From positions 201,604-265,603 of the forward strand of contig PHAV01000002.1 of NCBI GenBank assembly GCA_002841765.1: a stretch of DNA of 64,000 nucleotides, read 5' to 3'. Positions 19,724-29,833 of this stretch are shown piece after piece. The translations under genes were made by a program, and so were the position numbers. Positions within the stretch are counted from its first letter, which is position 1. The number at the start of each line of letters is the position of its first letter. The notes under the pieces were generated by a model. That model searched no databases. It had not been told where the DNA came from and worked only from the letters and a program-made list of their open reading frames with translations. The DNA is from Deltaproteobacteria bacterium HGW-Deltaproteobacteria-4. GTDB lineage: Bacteria; Desulfobacterota; Desulfuromonadia; Desulfuromonadales; UBA2197.

Positions 19724-19752
19724 TTGTTAAGTCTGTTATATAGTTGTTCATG

Positions 19753-19790
19753 AACAAACCCCGTCTTATTAGACGGGGTTTGTTTTATTT
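19753..19790 (+). terminator. Rho-independent terminator after the multicopper oxidase
   Basis: 14-bp stem AACAAACCCCGTCT/AGACGGGGTTTGTT, TATT loop, followed by TTATTTT. Confidence 0.9.
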
Positions 19791-19960
19791 TCAAGATAGT
19801 CCTTTTGTTGTTTGTGAAAAAAGTGAAGACTCACTGCAAGCGGGATTGTAAAATACGTTTTTGATTAAATCTCCATCACTCCTTATATTCTGGACAATCA
19901 GCAGCAAATCTAAGATCAGGTGAATGTCGCAGTATAAAAGTTATCTTTTTTTGAGGTCAA

Positions 19961-21430
19961 GTGTCTAATCTTAAAAATAAAATTGTCTCCAGTCTCTCCT
20001 GGAACTTCATGAGTCAAGGGGTTACACAAGTTGTTTCATTATTAATCATGATCCTGCTCACTAGGTTGTTGTCGCCCCGTGAGTTTGGATTAGTGGCGAT
20101 GGTAACGGCAATTTCAGGCTTCGTCGGCATCTTTGCCGAAATGGGGCTTGGCGCCGCTTTGATTCATCAACAGAAGATAGACGACGAACAGTTATCCTCG
20201 GTCTTTTGGCTTAACCTGTTCCTTGGTGTGGTACTCACAGCTGTCTTTGTGTTGGCTGCCCCTTTGGTTGCCGATTTTTATAATGAACCTCTCTTGTTGG
20301 GCATCACGATAGTTGTCGCGTTAAATTTTATTATCAATGCGTTAACCATTGTTCAACGGATACTCGCCACCAAGGCACTCGACTTTCAGACATTAGCAAT
20401 CTCAGAAGTTGCATCGACTCTAATATCTGGTGGCATTGTCCTCTTCTTAGCCTATCAGGGGTACAGTTACTGGAGCATCGTTTGGCAAACTTTGATCATT
20501 TCTGTTGTCAGCAACATAATCCTCTGGCAACGTAGCACCTGGCGTCCCCGATTTTGTTTTAGTTTTGCTTCGATTCGTGGCCTGATGCGTTTTGGAGGGT
20601 ATGTTATCGGCACCCATACTCTCGATTACTGGACGCGCAATATCGATAATCTTCTTATCGGAAAATTTTTTGGTTCAGAAGTCCTCGGACTTTACTCCCG
20701 CGCTTATTCCTTTCTTGTTTTCAGAATTAACAGTGTCTCTCGGATTGTTTCCAGAGTTTTCTTTCCAGCCATTGCCGGGATACAGCATGACAAAGAAAGG
20801 GTCAAAAAGATCTTTCTTAAGACAATCGGTGCCATAGCGTTGGTTACCTTTCCACTGACGGTAGGTCTCTTTGCGACAGCAGACAACTTTGTTTTGACCT
20901 TACTCGGCGCCCGCTGGATGGAGATGGTGCCGATCGTGCGTGCCCTTTGCCTGCTTGGTCTGACGACGGCAGCTGGTTCGTTGACCGCAAACATCTTTCT
21001 TTCACAAGGTGAATCGGGTCTCCATTTTCGTCTCGGATTGATCCTTAAAATGACAGTTGTCGCTGGCATTGTACTCGGTCTGCGGTGGGGAGCCTTTGGG
21101 GTAGCTCTTTGCTACGGTTTGGTGACACTGGTGAACGTCTATCCCACTATCCGCATAGCCGGTCGCCTCATTGGGATGGGTTTTAACGAGTACCTTAAAA
21201 CATTGGCTCCAGCCTTTACTTGTTCTTTGATCATGGCGGGTCCGGTCTGGATATTGCCGAAACTCATCTTCACGGACAATGCTGTTTGGCTGATTCTAAT
21301 CACGCAAATATTGTTGGGAGGAGTGCTGTACGTCGGCACCCTACATCTGTTCCGAATTAAAATTTATCTGGAAATTTTAGAGCTCATGCAGGTTAAATTG
21401 TACGGCAAATCGACGCATATAAAGTGTTAA
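19961..21430 (+). CDS. wzx: Wzx flippase (PST family)
   Basis: Multi-pass hydrophobic protein; LTRLLSPREFGLVAM, EMGLGAALI, IDNLLIGKFFGSEVLGLYSRAY. Confidence 0.9.
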   Translation: MSNLKNKIVSSLSWNFMSQGVTQVVSLLIMILLTRLLSPREFGLVAMVTAISGFVGIFAEMGLGAALIHQQKIDDEQLSSVFWLNLFLGVVLTAVFVLAAPLVADFYNEPLLLGITIVVALNFIINALTIVQRILATKALDFQTLAISEVASTLISGGIVLFLAYQGYSYWSIVWQTLIISVVSNIILWQRSTWRPRFCFSFASIRGLMRFGGYVIGTHTLDYWTRNIDNLLIGKFFGSEVLGLYSRAYSFLVFRINSVSRIVSRVFFPAIAGIQHDKERVKKIFLKTIGAIALVTFPLTVGLFATADNFVLTLLGARWMEMVPIVRALCLLGLTTAAGSLTANIFLSQGESGLHFRLGLILKMTVVAGIVLGLRWGAFGVALCYGLVTLVNVYPTIRIAGRLIGMGFNEYLKTLAPAFTCSLIMAGPVWILPKLIFTDNAVWLILITQILLGGVLYVGTLHLFRIKIYLEILELMQVKLYGKSTHIKC

Positions 21431-21443
21431 TGGAATATTTTTT

Positions 21444-22751
21444 ATGAAAATTCTTATAGTTTCACGTTACTGTGCTCCTCCAAGTTTTCATGGTTCGGCA
21501 CAACATGTTCAGACCTTCGCCAAAGCCTTGGTCGAAGGCGGACATGAGGTTCGGGTTATTTCTGGTGAAGAGGAAGCAGGAACAATTGAGGTCGACGGTT
21601 ACACTGTCACTAAAGTGCAGCTACCACCACAAGCGAAGGGATTCCAAAGACTTCTCGATGGTCGATTCCCAGACGTGCACAACCGTAGACTGGCGGCCAC
21701 GATTTTTGAGAGTTGGAAACCAGATGTCTTGCATGTCGGTGTTTTCATGCGGATGGGTGAGTTTATTTTTGAGGCAGCAGAGAGAAAAATACCTGTAGTG
21801 TTGATGGTGCATGATTACGCCATGCTTTGCCTGAAAAAGTATCTGCAACATTCCGACGGGTCTGTCTGTAACGGGCCACAACCACAATTATGTCATAAAT
21901 GTATTAAGCAAACAGCCGGTTCGAGACTTCGCTTTTTTAGTTCGTTGACAGCTTTTCCTGGAACCGGGCTTCTTTTGGGTCGGGAAAGACATATCAATTT
22001 CCAGCTCGATCGCGCCGTCAAGGAATCTTTCATTTTTATGGAACATCTGCGCTCTGTTGTGAATCGCTATATCGTGCAAACACCGTTGGCTCCTGGAATT
22101 CTCGCATCGTGCGGCATCCCTGAAGAGCGTTGCTACTTTGTCCAGCAATTCATAGGCGAAGAAAAACTCGTTCATTATCCGAAAGCCAGCGGGGTCCCGG
22201 GGACGGATCGTCCTATACGGATTGGTTATGTTGGTCGCTGGTCGGCAGAAAAAGGGATTGAAGTACTCAGCGACGCATGCCGAACTTTTGGCGAAAATGA
22301 TGTTGAAGTATGGCTGATTGCCAAAGGGGCTGATTTACAGTCGGTAAAAGCCTTGTTCGGCGATGAAGCCGTGGATGCAGGAAGAGTAAGGCTCTTCAAT
22401 GATCTCGCTGGTGCCCGCTTAGCCGCGCAGATCGCACAGTTGGATGTTATGGTGATTCCCTCCATATGTCACGACAATAGCCCTCGCGTTCACCTTGAAG
22501 CGTTGGCTCAGGGAGTTCCGACTATCGTTTCCGATTCGGTCGGCAACCGCCATTTGATTTGCGACGGGATCAGCGGTCGCATCTTTCCCAGCGGTGATGC
22601 AATTGTCTTGGCAAAAATTTTACAAGAAATTGTCGAAAATCCCAGAATACTTGATGAGTGGCGGAATCAGTTGACTAAATTGCCAGATAGACAAGAATGG
22701 TATCAGTCACTATTACAGGTCCATCAAGACTTAGTTACGGTCAAATCATGA
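21444..22751 (+). CDS. Glycosyltransferase family 4
   Basis: MKILIVS, GHEVRVI, HDYAMLC, GYVGRWSAEKG, PSICHDNSPRVHLEALAQGVP. Confidence 0.88.
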   Translation: MKILIVSRYCAPPSFHGSAQHVQTFAKALVEGGHEVRVISGEEEAGTIEVDGYTVTKVQLPPQAKGFQRLLDGRFPDVHNRRLAATIFESWKPDVLHVGVFMRMGEFIFEAAERKIPVVLMVHDYAMLCLKKYLQHSDGSVCNGPQPQLCHKCIKQTAGSRLRFFSSLTAFPGTGLLLGRERHINFQLDRAVKESFIFMEHLRSVVNRYIVQTPLAPGILASCGIPEERCYFVQQFIGEEKLVHYPKASGVPGTDRPIRIGYVGRWSAEKGIEVLSDACRTFGENDVEVWLIAKGADLQSVKALFGDEAVDAGRVRLFNDLAGARLAAQIAQLDVMVIPSICHDNSPRVHLEALAQGVPTIVSDSVGNRHLICDGISGRIFPSGDAIVLAKILQEIVENPRILDEWRNQLTKLPDRQEWYQSLLQVHQDLVTVKS

Positions 22752-23935
22752 AACTTGCCTATATTGTTGAAAATTACGGTCAACTTTCAGAAACTTTTGT
22801 CACTGATTTGGTGACAGGTCTCGGCCAAGAGGGAATAGTTGGAAGAGTCTTCACCGACAAGTCCTTCGCAACACCATACGGTGGGTTCGATCTTTGTGAA
22901 ACCCCCTTTTGCCATAAAGGCCAATTCTCAACGCGTTGGCTTGGCCGTTGTGAGAGGTTGCTTGGCGGTAGTGGTTTAGAGGCAAGGCTAGGTCGGCGTT
23001 CCGCCAGAAAAATTTTATTGCCAGCTCTACAGAGCTTCGGGGCTGAAGTCGCCTATATCGATCACGGCAATAATGCTATTCTCGCCCGCGAAGCATTGGT
23101 TGAACTCGGTGTACCTTTTGTCGTTCACTTCCACGGCCGTGATGCTTCAAAGTTGCTGGCTTCCACTGATTACCAAGCCGAAGTACGCAATGTTTTTTGT
23201 GATGCTTTGGCGGTGATCGTCGCTTCGCATCATATCGGGCGGCGTCTCGTATTGGCGGGATGCCCGCCGGAGAAAATCCGTCATGTCAGCCTTGGAGTTG
23301 ACTTTAATCGCATCCCGGAGCCGCAATGGGAACAGCGCCGGGGTTTGCCATTTTCGGTCATCCACGTCGGCAGACTGGTCGAGAAGAAGCAACCGATTGC
23401 CCTGCTTCATGCCTTCTCCATCGTCTCCAAACACATTCCCGAAGCGACTTTAACGTTTATTGGCGACGGTCCGCTACGGTCGCAGCTGGAGGATCGGGTG
23501 GCGATTCTTGGTCTTGGTGCCTCAGTACGAATGGCTGGACCTCTTGCGCATGATTCTGTTCTTGAAGAGTTGCAGCAACACCGCATCTATGCTCAACACT
23601 GCGTTACCGACTCGCAAGGAGACCAGGAGGGGTTTTCGGTCTCGATGCTGGAGGCGGCGGCCTGCGGCTTGCCGGTGGTTTCAACTTTCCATGACGGTAT
23701 CCCCGAGAATGTTCTCGATGGAAAAACTGGCTTCCTGGTTCCAGAATATGACTTTGAGGCAATGGCCGAACGCATTATTCGGTTATTAATCGATCACGAG
23801 TTAGCTGAAAAAATGGGGGCCGTCGGACGGTTGCGTGTTGCCGAGAATTTTCGAATAGAGCAACGGGTTGCGGCGATTCACGCCATACTCAGAGAAGTCG
23901 TTTTTCACTCGACACAACCAGAAAAGGGGTGTTGA
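22748..23935 (+). CDS. Glycosyltransferase family 4 (WcaL-like)
   Basis: SETFV, HFHGRD, VGRLVEKK, DQEGFSVSMLEAAACGLPVVST; ATG 22748 overlaps previous stop (ATGA). Confidence 0.88.
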   Translation: MKLAYIVENYGQLSETFVTDLVTGLGQEGIVGRVFTDKSFATPYGGFDLCETPFCHKGQFSTRWLGRCERLLGGSGLEARLGRRSARKILLPALQSFGAEVAYIDHGNNAILAREALVELGVPFVVHFHGRDASKLLASTDYQAEVRNVFCDALAVIVASHHIGRRLVLAGCPPEKIRHVSLGVDFNRIPEPQWEQRRGLPFSVIHVGRLVEKKQPIALLHAFSIVSKHIPEATLTFIGDGPLRSQLEDRVAILGLGASVRMAGPLAHDSVLEELQQHRIYAQHCVTDSQGDQEGFSVSMLEAAACGLPVVSTFHDGIPENVLDGKTGFLVPEYDFEAMAERIIRLLIDHELAEKMGAVGRLRVAENFRIEQRVAAIHAILREVVFHSTQPEKGC

Positions 23936-24939
23936 TGAGTAGCGCAAAAGTATCGGTCGTCATCCCCTGTTATAACGCGGTCGATTATGTCGCAGAGACC
24001 ATACAATCGGTCTTGTCACAAAACTACGGCAACGTTGAGATCATCGTTATTGACGACGGCTCTTCCGACGGTAGCTGGGAGGTGATCACCTCCTTTGGCG
24101 ACTCTGTTCAAGCCGTGCAACAGGAAAATCGTGGTGGGTGCGCTGCCCGCAACCGGGGGGCGGGGCTGGCGACCGGTGACTATCTCATGTTTCTCGATGC
24201 CGATGACGTGCTCGCCCCCGATGCGCTGGAGCACCTTGTCCAAATTTTTGACAATAAGGGCGGTATTGCTGCCTGTCCTTGGCAGCGTCTGGAGCAGCAA
24301 GGTAATAGCTGGGTTCGGTTACCCTCCGGCCTTTCGGCTACTCCCCCCGAGGGAGACTTCTTCCTTGGCTGGCTGTCTGGCTGGTACCTTCCCCCCTGTG
24401 CACTGCTGTGGTCTAGGAAGGTCTACGAGGCCACCGGTGGTTGGGATGAAGAACTGGCCGCCAACCAGGACGGCGATTTGATATTGCGAGCTTTGCTGAA
24501 CGGGGCAAAAATTCACCTCACAGCAAAGGGGATGGCCTGGTATCGTCATCATGGCACGACACGGGTTTCGGTGAGCAGCACCCTCGGATCACTTCGGGCT
24601 TTTCGATCGCGGGTGCGGGTATTGGAAAAGGTGACTACCAGGATGAAAGAGGTGGGAATTTTCGAGCGTTACGCGGCTCCTCTCGGGCAGGCTTACCACA
24701 AACTGGCGCGGAATAATTTTGTGACTGATCGCTCTTTGGCCCGGGATTGTCTTGAAAGGTCACAACAGTTTGCGGGGACCAAGGCGGTCGTCGGTTCTCT
24801 GTCCCACCGGATGTTGTGTCGCATGATGGGGGTCGAGAGGAAAGAGTCACTTGCCGTAGCCTTGGGCAATTGGTTTTTTTGTAAGGCAAAAAGGCGAAAA
24901 AGCAAACAGCTTCACCAACTGAAATGTGAATCTAAGTAA
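23935..24939 (+). CDS. Glycosyltransferase family 2
   Basis: VSVVIPCYN, IDDGSSD, ARNRG, FLDADD, QDGD; TGATG coupling. Confidence 0.92.
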   Translation: MSSAKVSVVIPCYNAVDYVAETIQSVLSQNYGNVEIIVIDDGSSDGSWEVITSFGDSVQAVQQENRGGCAARNRGAGLATGDYLMFLDADDVLAPDALEHLVQIFDNKGGIAACPWQRLEQQGNSWVRLPSGLSATPPEGDFFLGWLSGWYLPPCALLWSRKVYEATGGWDEELAANQDGDLILRALLNGAKIHLTAKGMAWYRHHGTTRVSVSSTLGSLRAFRSRVRVLEKVTTRMKEVGIFERYAAPLGQAYHKLARNNFVTDRSLARDCLERSQQFAGTKAVVGSLSHRMLCRMMGVERKESLAVALGNWFFCKAKRRKSKQLHQLKCESK

Positions 24940-26105
24940 TGCTGGTACAAAAGAAAAAAATAGCCTTTGTCCTGTTTAGCGATCCCATGATCTACCCGCC
25001 GACCATGAATGCTGCGGCAATTCTGGCGGAACATGGCTACGAAGTTGATATCTTTGGGGTTCACTACCGAACCGGGGATCAAATAGCACCAGCACCGGGG
25101 GTGACGATCAAATACTTGGGAAATCTACGCAAGGGAATCCATTTTCGGATCGATTTTGTCAAATTTTGCGCACAGGTCATTTTCGCTGCAAGGGCAGCAC
25201 AATATTCCTGGATCTTTTCTTACAATATGACCGGTGTGTTGCCCGGATATTTGGCTGCGCAGTTATCGGGGGCGCGTTGGCTTTATCACAACCACGACAT
25301 GACACCCGTCTCGAAAAAATTCGGTTTCTATCCCTTTTTGAAATGGGTGGAAAAATGGACTGCCAAGCGCGCGGATCTGGTTGTCTTTCCGCAAAAAGAA
25401 CGAGCGGATCTTTTCAGAAAAGTCGCAGGTCTTGCAATCCCCCCTTTGGTTGTGGGGAATGGCCCGCGCCGCAGTTGGACAGTTGGTGCTGAACTAGATC
25501 ATGAGATTGTCGAATTCAGGAATCGTTGCGAACAGGTTGTCGTCTACCAGGGAGGCCTGAACTGGATGAGGGGGCTGCGTCGAGTCATTGAATCGATGCC
25601 CCACTGGGAGGTTCCTGCTGGCCTTCTCTTGGTCGGAGGTGCGGAATTACAACCCACCTTTCCTAATGATGCCCTGGCACTGGCCCGCTCTATCGGTGTG
25701 GAAAGCCGGATTCTCATCAAGTCGACCATCCCGTATCTTGATTTACCCAGCTTCACCATGGCATGTGACATCGGTCTTGGGGTCATGGCGACAATTGATG
25801 ATGACCCTTGTCTCAATATCCTCTATTTAGCTGGTGCCTCGAATAAACTTGCCGAATACATGGCCTGTGGTTTGCCGGTGGTGGTTCCCGTCTCGGAGGC
25901 TTATCGACGCTATATCGAAGATCACGGGGTGGGGCTTCTTGTTGACAACAGTTCACCACAAGCCCTTGCCGCGGGTCTCAATCTACTTTTAAAGGATGCA
26001 AGTCTGAGAGAGGCAATTGCTAGCCGGGCAAAAGAACATTTTGCCTCAGCACTTAGTTATGAATCCCAGTTCCAGCCTGTGCTGGATGCTGTTCTGTCGC
26101 GGTAA
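24939..26105 (+). CDS. Glycosyltransferase family 4
   Basis: YHNHD, VVYQGGL..RGL, NKLAEYMACGLPVV; TAATG coupling. Confidence 0.85.
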   Translation: MLVQKKKIAFVLFSDPMIYPPTMNAAAILAEHGYEVDIFGVHYRTGDQIAPAPGVTIKYLGNLRKGIHFRIDFVKFCAQVIFAARAAQYSWIFSYNMTGVLPGYLAAQLSGARWLYHNHDMTPVSKKFGFYPFLKWVEKWTAKRADLVVFPQKERADLFRKVAGLAIPPLVVGNGPRRSWTVGAELDHEIVEFRNRCEQVVVYQGGLNWMRGLRRVIESMPHWEVPAGLLLVGGAELQPTFPNDALALARSIGVESRILIKSTIPYLDLPSFTMACDIGLGVMATIDDDPCLNILYLAGASNKLAEYMACGLPVVVPVSEAYRRYIEDHGVGLLVDNSSPQALAAGLNLLLKDASLREAIASRAKEHFASALSYESQFQPVLDAVLSR

Positions 26106-26109
26106 TTTC

Positions 26110-27162
26110 ATGAATATTATTCACTTTGGCCCTCAGGATATTGCCACATCCTGGCAGCGCATACAGGCGTTCCGGGATCTTGGCCACAATGTCGATATCG
26201 TTTATTATAGTCGTATGGGAGAGAGGCTTAGTCTGCCCAGAAGAGTTTATCGTGCACTGCGCCGGCGAATCGGGTGTCCTGCGGAGCAATGCGCCGAGAA
26301 TAGGACGCTGCTGGAAATGGCAATAAGCGTTCAACCGGACATAATTTTTATCGAGAAGGGGCTGACACTGCGTCCATCGACCCTTGAGCGGTTGAAACAG
26401 GTGTGCCCCAGGACGGTATTGGTCTGCTACAGCCTCGACGACATGATGAACCCTGCGAATCAGTCCCGGTATTATCTTAAGTGTCTGCCCCTTTATGATA
26501 TCCACTTCACCACCAAGACCTACAACATTGACGAATTATTGGCCTGTGGTGCTCGTCGAGTGGAACTCACCGGCAACGCCTATTCCCCCTGTGTGCATCG
26601 GCCGATAACTTGTTCCACCCAGGAACGGGAAGCGTACGGAAGTGAGGTGTCTTTTGTCGGCGGGTATGAATACGACCGGGCGCAGACGTTGAATTATCTG
26701 GCTGATGCTGGGGTGGAGGTCCGGGTATGGGGGAACAATTGGCACAAATTCATTAATCCTCATCCCCGACTGAGGCTTGAAAAAAGGCCGGCGTACGGTG
26801 AGGATTACGGTAAGGTCGTTTGCGCTTCGAAGATTCTCCTCGGTTTTCTGCGCAAGGTGAATCGGGACGTTGAGACTACCCGATCTATGGAAATTCCGGC
26901 CTACGGTGCTTTTCTCCTAGCGGAAAGGACCGTAGCTCAGCAAAACCTTTTCAAAGAGGGGAAAGAGGCCGCGTACTTCGGAGATGATCGAGAACTACTC
27001 GAAAAGATTCATTACTATCTTAAAAATGAGGAGCAGCGTCGCGCCATCGCTGCTGCGGGACGCCAGAGGTGCCTAACTTCAGGGTACAGCTACAACGACC
27101 GTCTGAGGGATTTACTGGAGGTGTGCACTGATATTGCAAAAGAAAAGGATGGGGGCCGATGA
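26110..27162 (+). CDS. Glycosyltransferase, CgeB/GT-B-like
   Basis: VSFVGGYE, VRVWGNNW, KILLGF, RSMEIPAYGAFLLAE, LEKIHYYL; ATG 26110 preferred. Confidence 0.8.
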   Translation: MNIIHFGPQDIATSWQRIQAFRDLGHNVDIVYYSRMGERLSLPRRVYRALRRRIGCPAEQCAENRTLLEMAISVQPDIIFIEKGLTLRPSTLERLKQVCPRTVLVCYSLDDMMNPANQSRYYLKCLPLYDIHFTTKTYNIDELLACGARRVELTGNAYSPCVHRPITCSTQEREAYGSEVSFVGGYEYDRAQTLNYLADAGVEVRVWGNNWHKFINPHPRLRLEKRPAYGEDYGKVVCASKILLGFLRKVNRDVETTRSMEIPAYGAFLLAERTVAQQNLFKEGKEAAYFGDDRELLEKIHYYLKNEEQRRAIAAAGRQRCLTSGYSYNDRLRDLLEVCTDIAKEKDGGR

Positions 27163-28322
27163 AGGTTCTGCTCATCGGTCATTCATACTTGGCCGAAGAA
27201 AACCAGAAACAGCTAACAAGCTTGAGTCAGCATGTCACTGTGGAGGTGGCTTCACCTCGCACCAGCAGAGGGATGATTTTTAACTACGATGTAGCTGAAA
27301 ATGCCATTTTAGGGCAGGGATGGAGAATCCGTCTTTATGACAAGTTGGTCCCACCAAAATTTCCTGAGGCTGCCTATATCTTTAAATCGCTGACCCTTGG
27401 GCTACGAAAATTCCAACCTGACGTGGTGCATATCGAGGGGGATCCCTTTACACCGTTTTTTTTGCAATCGTTTCTATATGCCCGACTCTGGTCGGCACAG
27501 GCAAAGATAGTTTGTACCGTCAAACAAAATACTTATACCAGCAGGGGGATGCTGGGCGATGCAATCAAGGACTTTGTCACTAGGCAGTTAGTCCCTCATG
27601 TTGATCGCTTTATCACCGTGAATCGGGGCGTGGCTGAGATTTATCGGGATCGGTTCGGTGCTGATCCCGAAAGGATGACTTATTGTACCCACCTTGGAGT
27701 CGATACCGAGCTCTTTTCCCCCTGGGACGATGTAGCGCGGAAAAAATCTCTCTCTCACTTCTCTCTTGAACGCGGGGCGGCGTTGATTGGCTATTGCGGC
27801 CGCTTGGTCGATTATAAGGGAGTTTCTGATCTTGTCACTGCCGTTGAACTCCTGAGGTCCCGATCCCAGAGGGATTATCGATTGGCACTGCTCGGGGACG
27901 GGCCGATGCGTGAAGAGCTGGCCGCACGGGCAAGACATACCCCTTGGCTGTATTTGCTTCCTCCCATCCCTCACGCAGAAGTAGCTCAATTTCTCAAGGG
28001 GCTCGATCTTTTCGTCATGCCGCCGCGCATCCTCCCTTGGCATGTGGAACATGACGCCCACGCTCTTTTGGAGGCGATGGCCACTGGACTCCCCTGCATT
28101 GCTACCCGCTGTGGTGCGATTGAAGATGTGTTACCTGGTGTTGGTGTTCTGGTCGATCCCGAACAACCAGAATCACTCAGCGACGCCATTGGGGAGCTTC
28201 TGGTTGATAATGAACGCGCCAGCAGACTGGGCAAAGACGGATGTACAAGAATTACAGAAGAGTACTCCCTTAAATCGGTTGCTGAGGCCTATCTCCATGT
28301 TTATCGACAGGTCTTGGGATAA
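27159..28322 (+). CDS. Glycosyltransferase family 4
   Basis: IGYCGRLVDYKGV, LLGDGP, EAMATGLPCIAT. Confidence 0.88.
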   Translation: MKVLLIGHSYLAEENQKQLTSLSQHVTVEVASPRTSRGMIFNYDVAENAILGQGWRIRLYDKLVPPKFPEAAYIFKSLTLGLRKFQPDVVHIEGDPFTPFFLQSFLYARLWSAQAKIVCTVKQNTYTSRGMLGDAIKDFVTRQLVPHVDRFITVNRGVAEIYRDRFGADPERMTYCTHLGVDTELFSPWDDVARKKSLSHFSLERGAALIGYCGRLVDYKGVSDLVTAVELLRSRSQRDYRLALLGDGPMREELAARARHTPWLYLLPPIPHAEVAQFLKGLDLFVMPPRILPWHVEHDAHALLEAMATGLPCIATRCGAIEDVLPGVGVLVDPEQPESLSDAIGELLVDNERASRLGKDGCTRITEEYSLKSVAEAYLHVYRQVLG

Positions 28323-28369
28323 GTCTTCGGGCGGAAAACAGGTTTTCCCAGCTATTTTCATGTCAGGTC

Positions 28370-29833
28370 ATGTGCTCAATGATATATAAAAAAAATCCGT
28401 TCAGAATTTTTTCTCTTCCCCTTATAGTAGTATTTGGGTTGGCTTTAACCATTTCTCCCGAGAACTGGGATTTGGCTTTTTGGGCTTTGCTTTCCTTGGT
28501 TGTGGCATTGTTACCCCTTTCTCGTTTTCTCACCACCCGGCAGATGAGCCACCTCTGTCTCTTTATTCCTACTATCATGACCTGGCTCTATTTTCTCGGA
28601 CCGTATCTTTATGAAAATCTGCCGACGCACAGCTATAGGGTGATCCCCTATGATCATCTCCCCGATATGGCCATGTACTCAGCACTGAGTATCTGTGCTT
28701 TGGTTCTGGGATTTTATTCTATTTTTCGTCGCTCAACGGGTAGACCTATTTCATCTCTCAATTTTCAGCTCTCTCGTCCTGCACTAGGCCGCGTAGCTCT
28801 GATTATGATCGCGTTTGGTGTCCTGTCTCGTGGGATCGATTATTATCTGTCTTGGGTGCTGGGGCCCTTTGGGCAACTTTTTCAAATTATTGATTTTGCA
28901 CCTGTTTTAGCAATTTGTGCCGGTCTTCTTTATTACCTGCGAGGAGGGCGTGAGCTTGTCATTTTGGTGCCGGTATCGACCTATTTTTTTTTGGAAATTC
29001 TCCTGCGTGTTTCAGAGACTCTTTTCAGCAAAATTATTTACATCATCGCGGGAATGATTATCATTTACATCCTTGAGCGGAAGAAAATCCCTTGGATGGT
29101 AATCGCATTAACTTTTGTTTTAGTCTTTCCAGTTTTTAATTCTCGAATGCTGTTTCGAATGGAAGCTCATAACCGTTGGTACGGCCTTGCCGGCGCCGAA
29201 AAGTTGGGGATTACCGAGTTGATTGGAAAAGGTGGCGGGTACCTGATGCAATCCTACAGCTTCTCGGATTGGGATAATTTGGGTGCTTCGGTTGAAACAC
29301 AGGCCTCCAGTCGTTTTGAAAACATCAGCTATCTGGGGCAATGTGTATATCTTGTGAAAGATCAGGCTAAACCGTTAAAATACGGGGAGACTTTTTGGTG
29401 GTTGCCGCTGACTCCCGTTCCCCGTGCGATTTTCCCTTGGAAACCTCCGAACTATCATGCGACTCTTTTGGCGGAAGAATATGGTTGCAAAGGACTTTTT
29501 TCCAAGGCTGCCATGAACTTTCCAATGCTGGTGGAGATGTTTATCAACTTCGGCTTCGTCGGCATGGTCGCTCTGAGTTTTTTTCAAGGAGGGCTGTATC
29601 GTTGGTGTCTGGGTAAAGTCGCTTACGGCGTTGGAGATCTGAATGCTTTGGCCTTTATCAACATCCTCTGGCATTTGGAAAAGGTGGAGTCGAACATCAC
29701 CATGATCTTTGGCGGAATTTTTCAGGCATTGATAACTTGGTGGCTGCTCGCTCGGTTTCTCAAGGTAAGGAGGGAAGAACCTGATGAGACTGTTACCATT
29801 GGAAGAGATGAGATAAGAGTGGTAGGGAAATGA
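28370..29833 (+). CDS. Multi-pass membrane protein, probable Wzy O-antigen/EPS polymerase
   Basis: About 10-11 hydrophobic segments with a large loop near the C-terminus, inside the GT cluster, and no other Wzy candidate; start could be 28379. Confidence 0.6.
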   Translation: MCSMIYKKNPFRIFSLPLIVVFGLALTISPENWDLAFWALLSLVVALLPLSRFLTTRQMSHLCLFIPTIMTWLYFLGPYLYENLPTHSYRVIPYDHLPDMAMYSALSICALVLGFYSIFRRSTGRPISSLNFQLSRPALGRVALIMIAFGVLSRGIDYYLSWVLGPFGQLFQIIDFAPVLAICAGLLYYLRGGRELVILVPVSTYFFLEILLRVSETLFSKIIYIIAGMIIIYILERKKIPWMVIALTFVLVFPVFNSRMLFRMEAHNRWYGLAGAEKLGITELIGKGGGYLMQSYSFSDWDNLGASVETQASSRFENISYLGQCVYLVKDQAKPLKYGETFWWLPLTPVPRAIFPWKPPNYHATLLAEEYGCKGLFSKAAMNFPMLVEMFINFGFVGMVALSFFQGGLYRWCLGKVAYGVGDLNALAFINILWHLEKVESNITMIFGGIFQALITWWLLARFLKVRREEPDETVTIGRDEIRVVGK

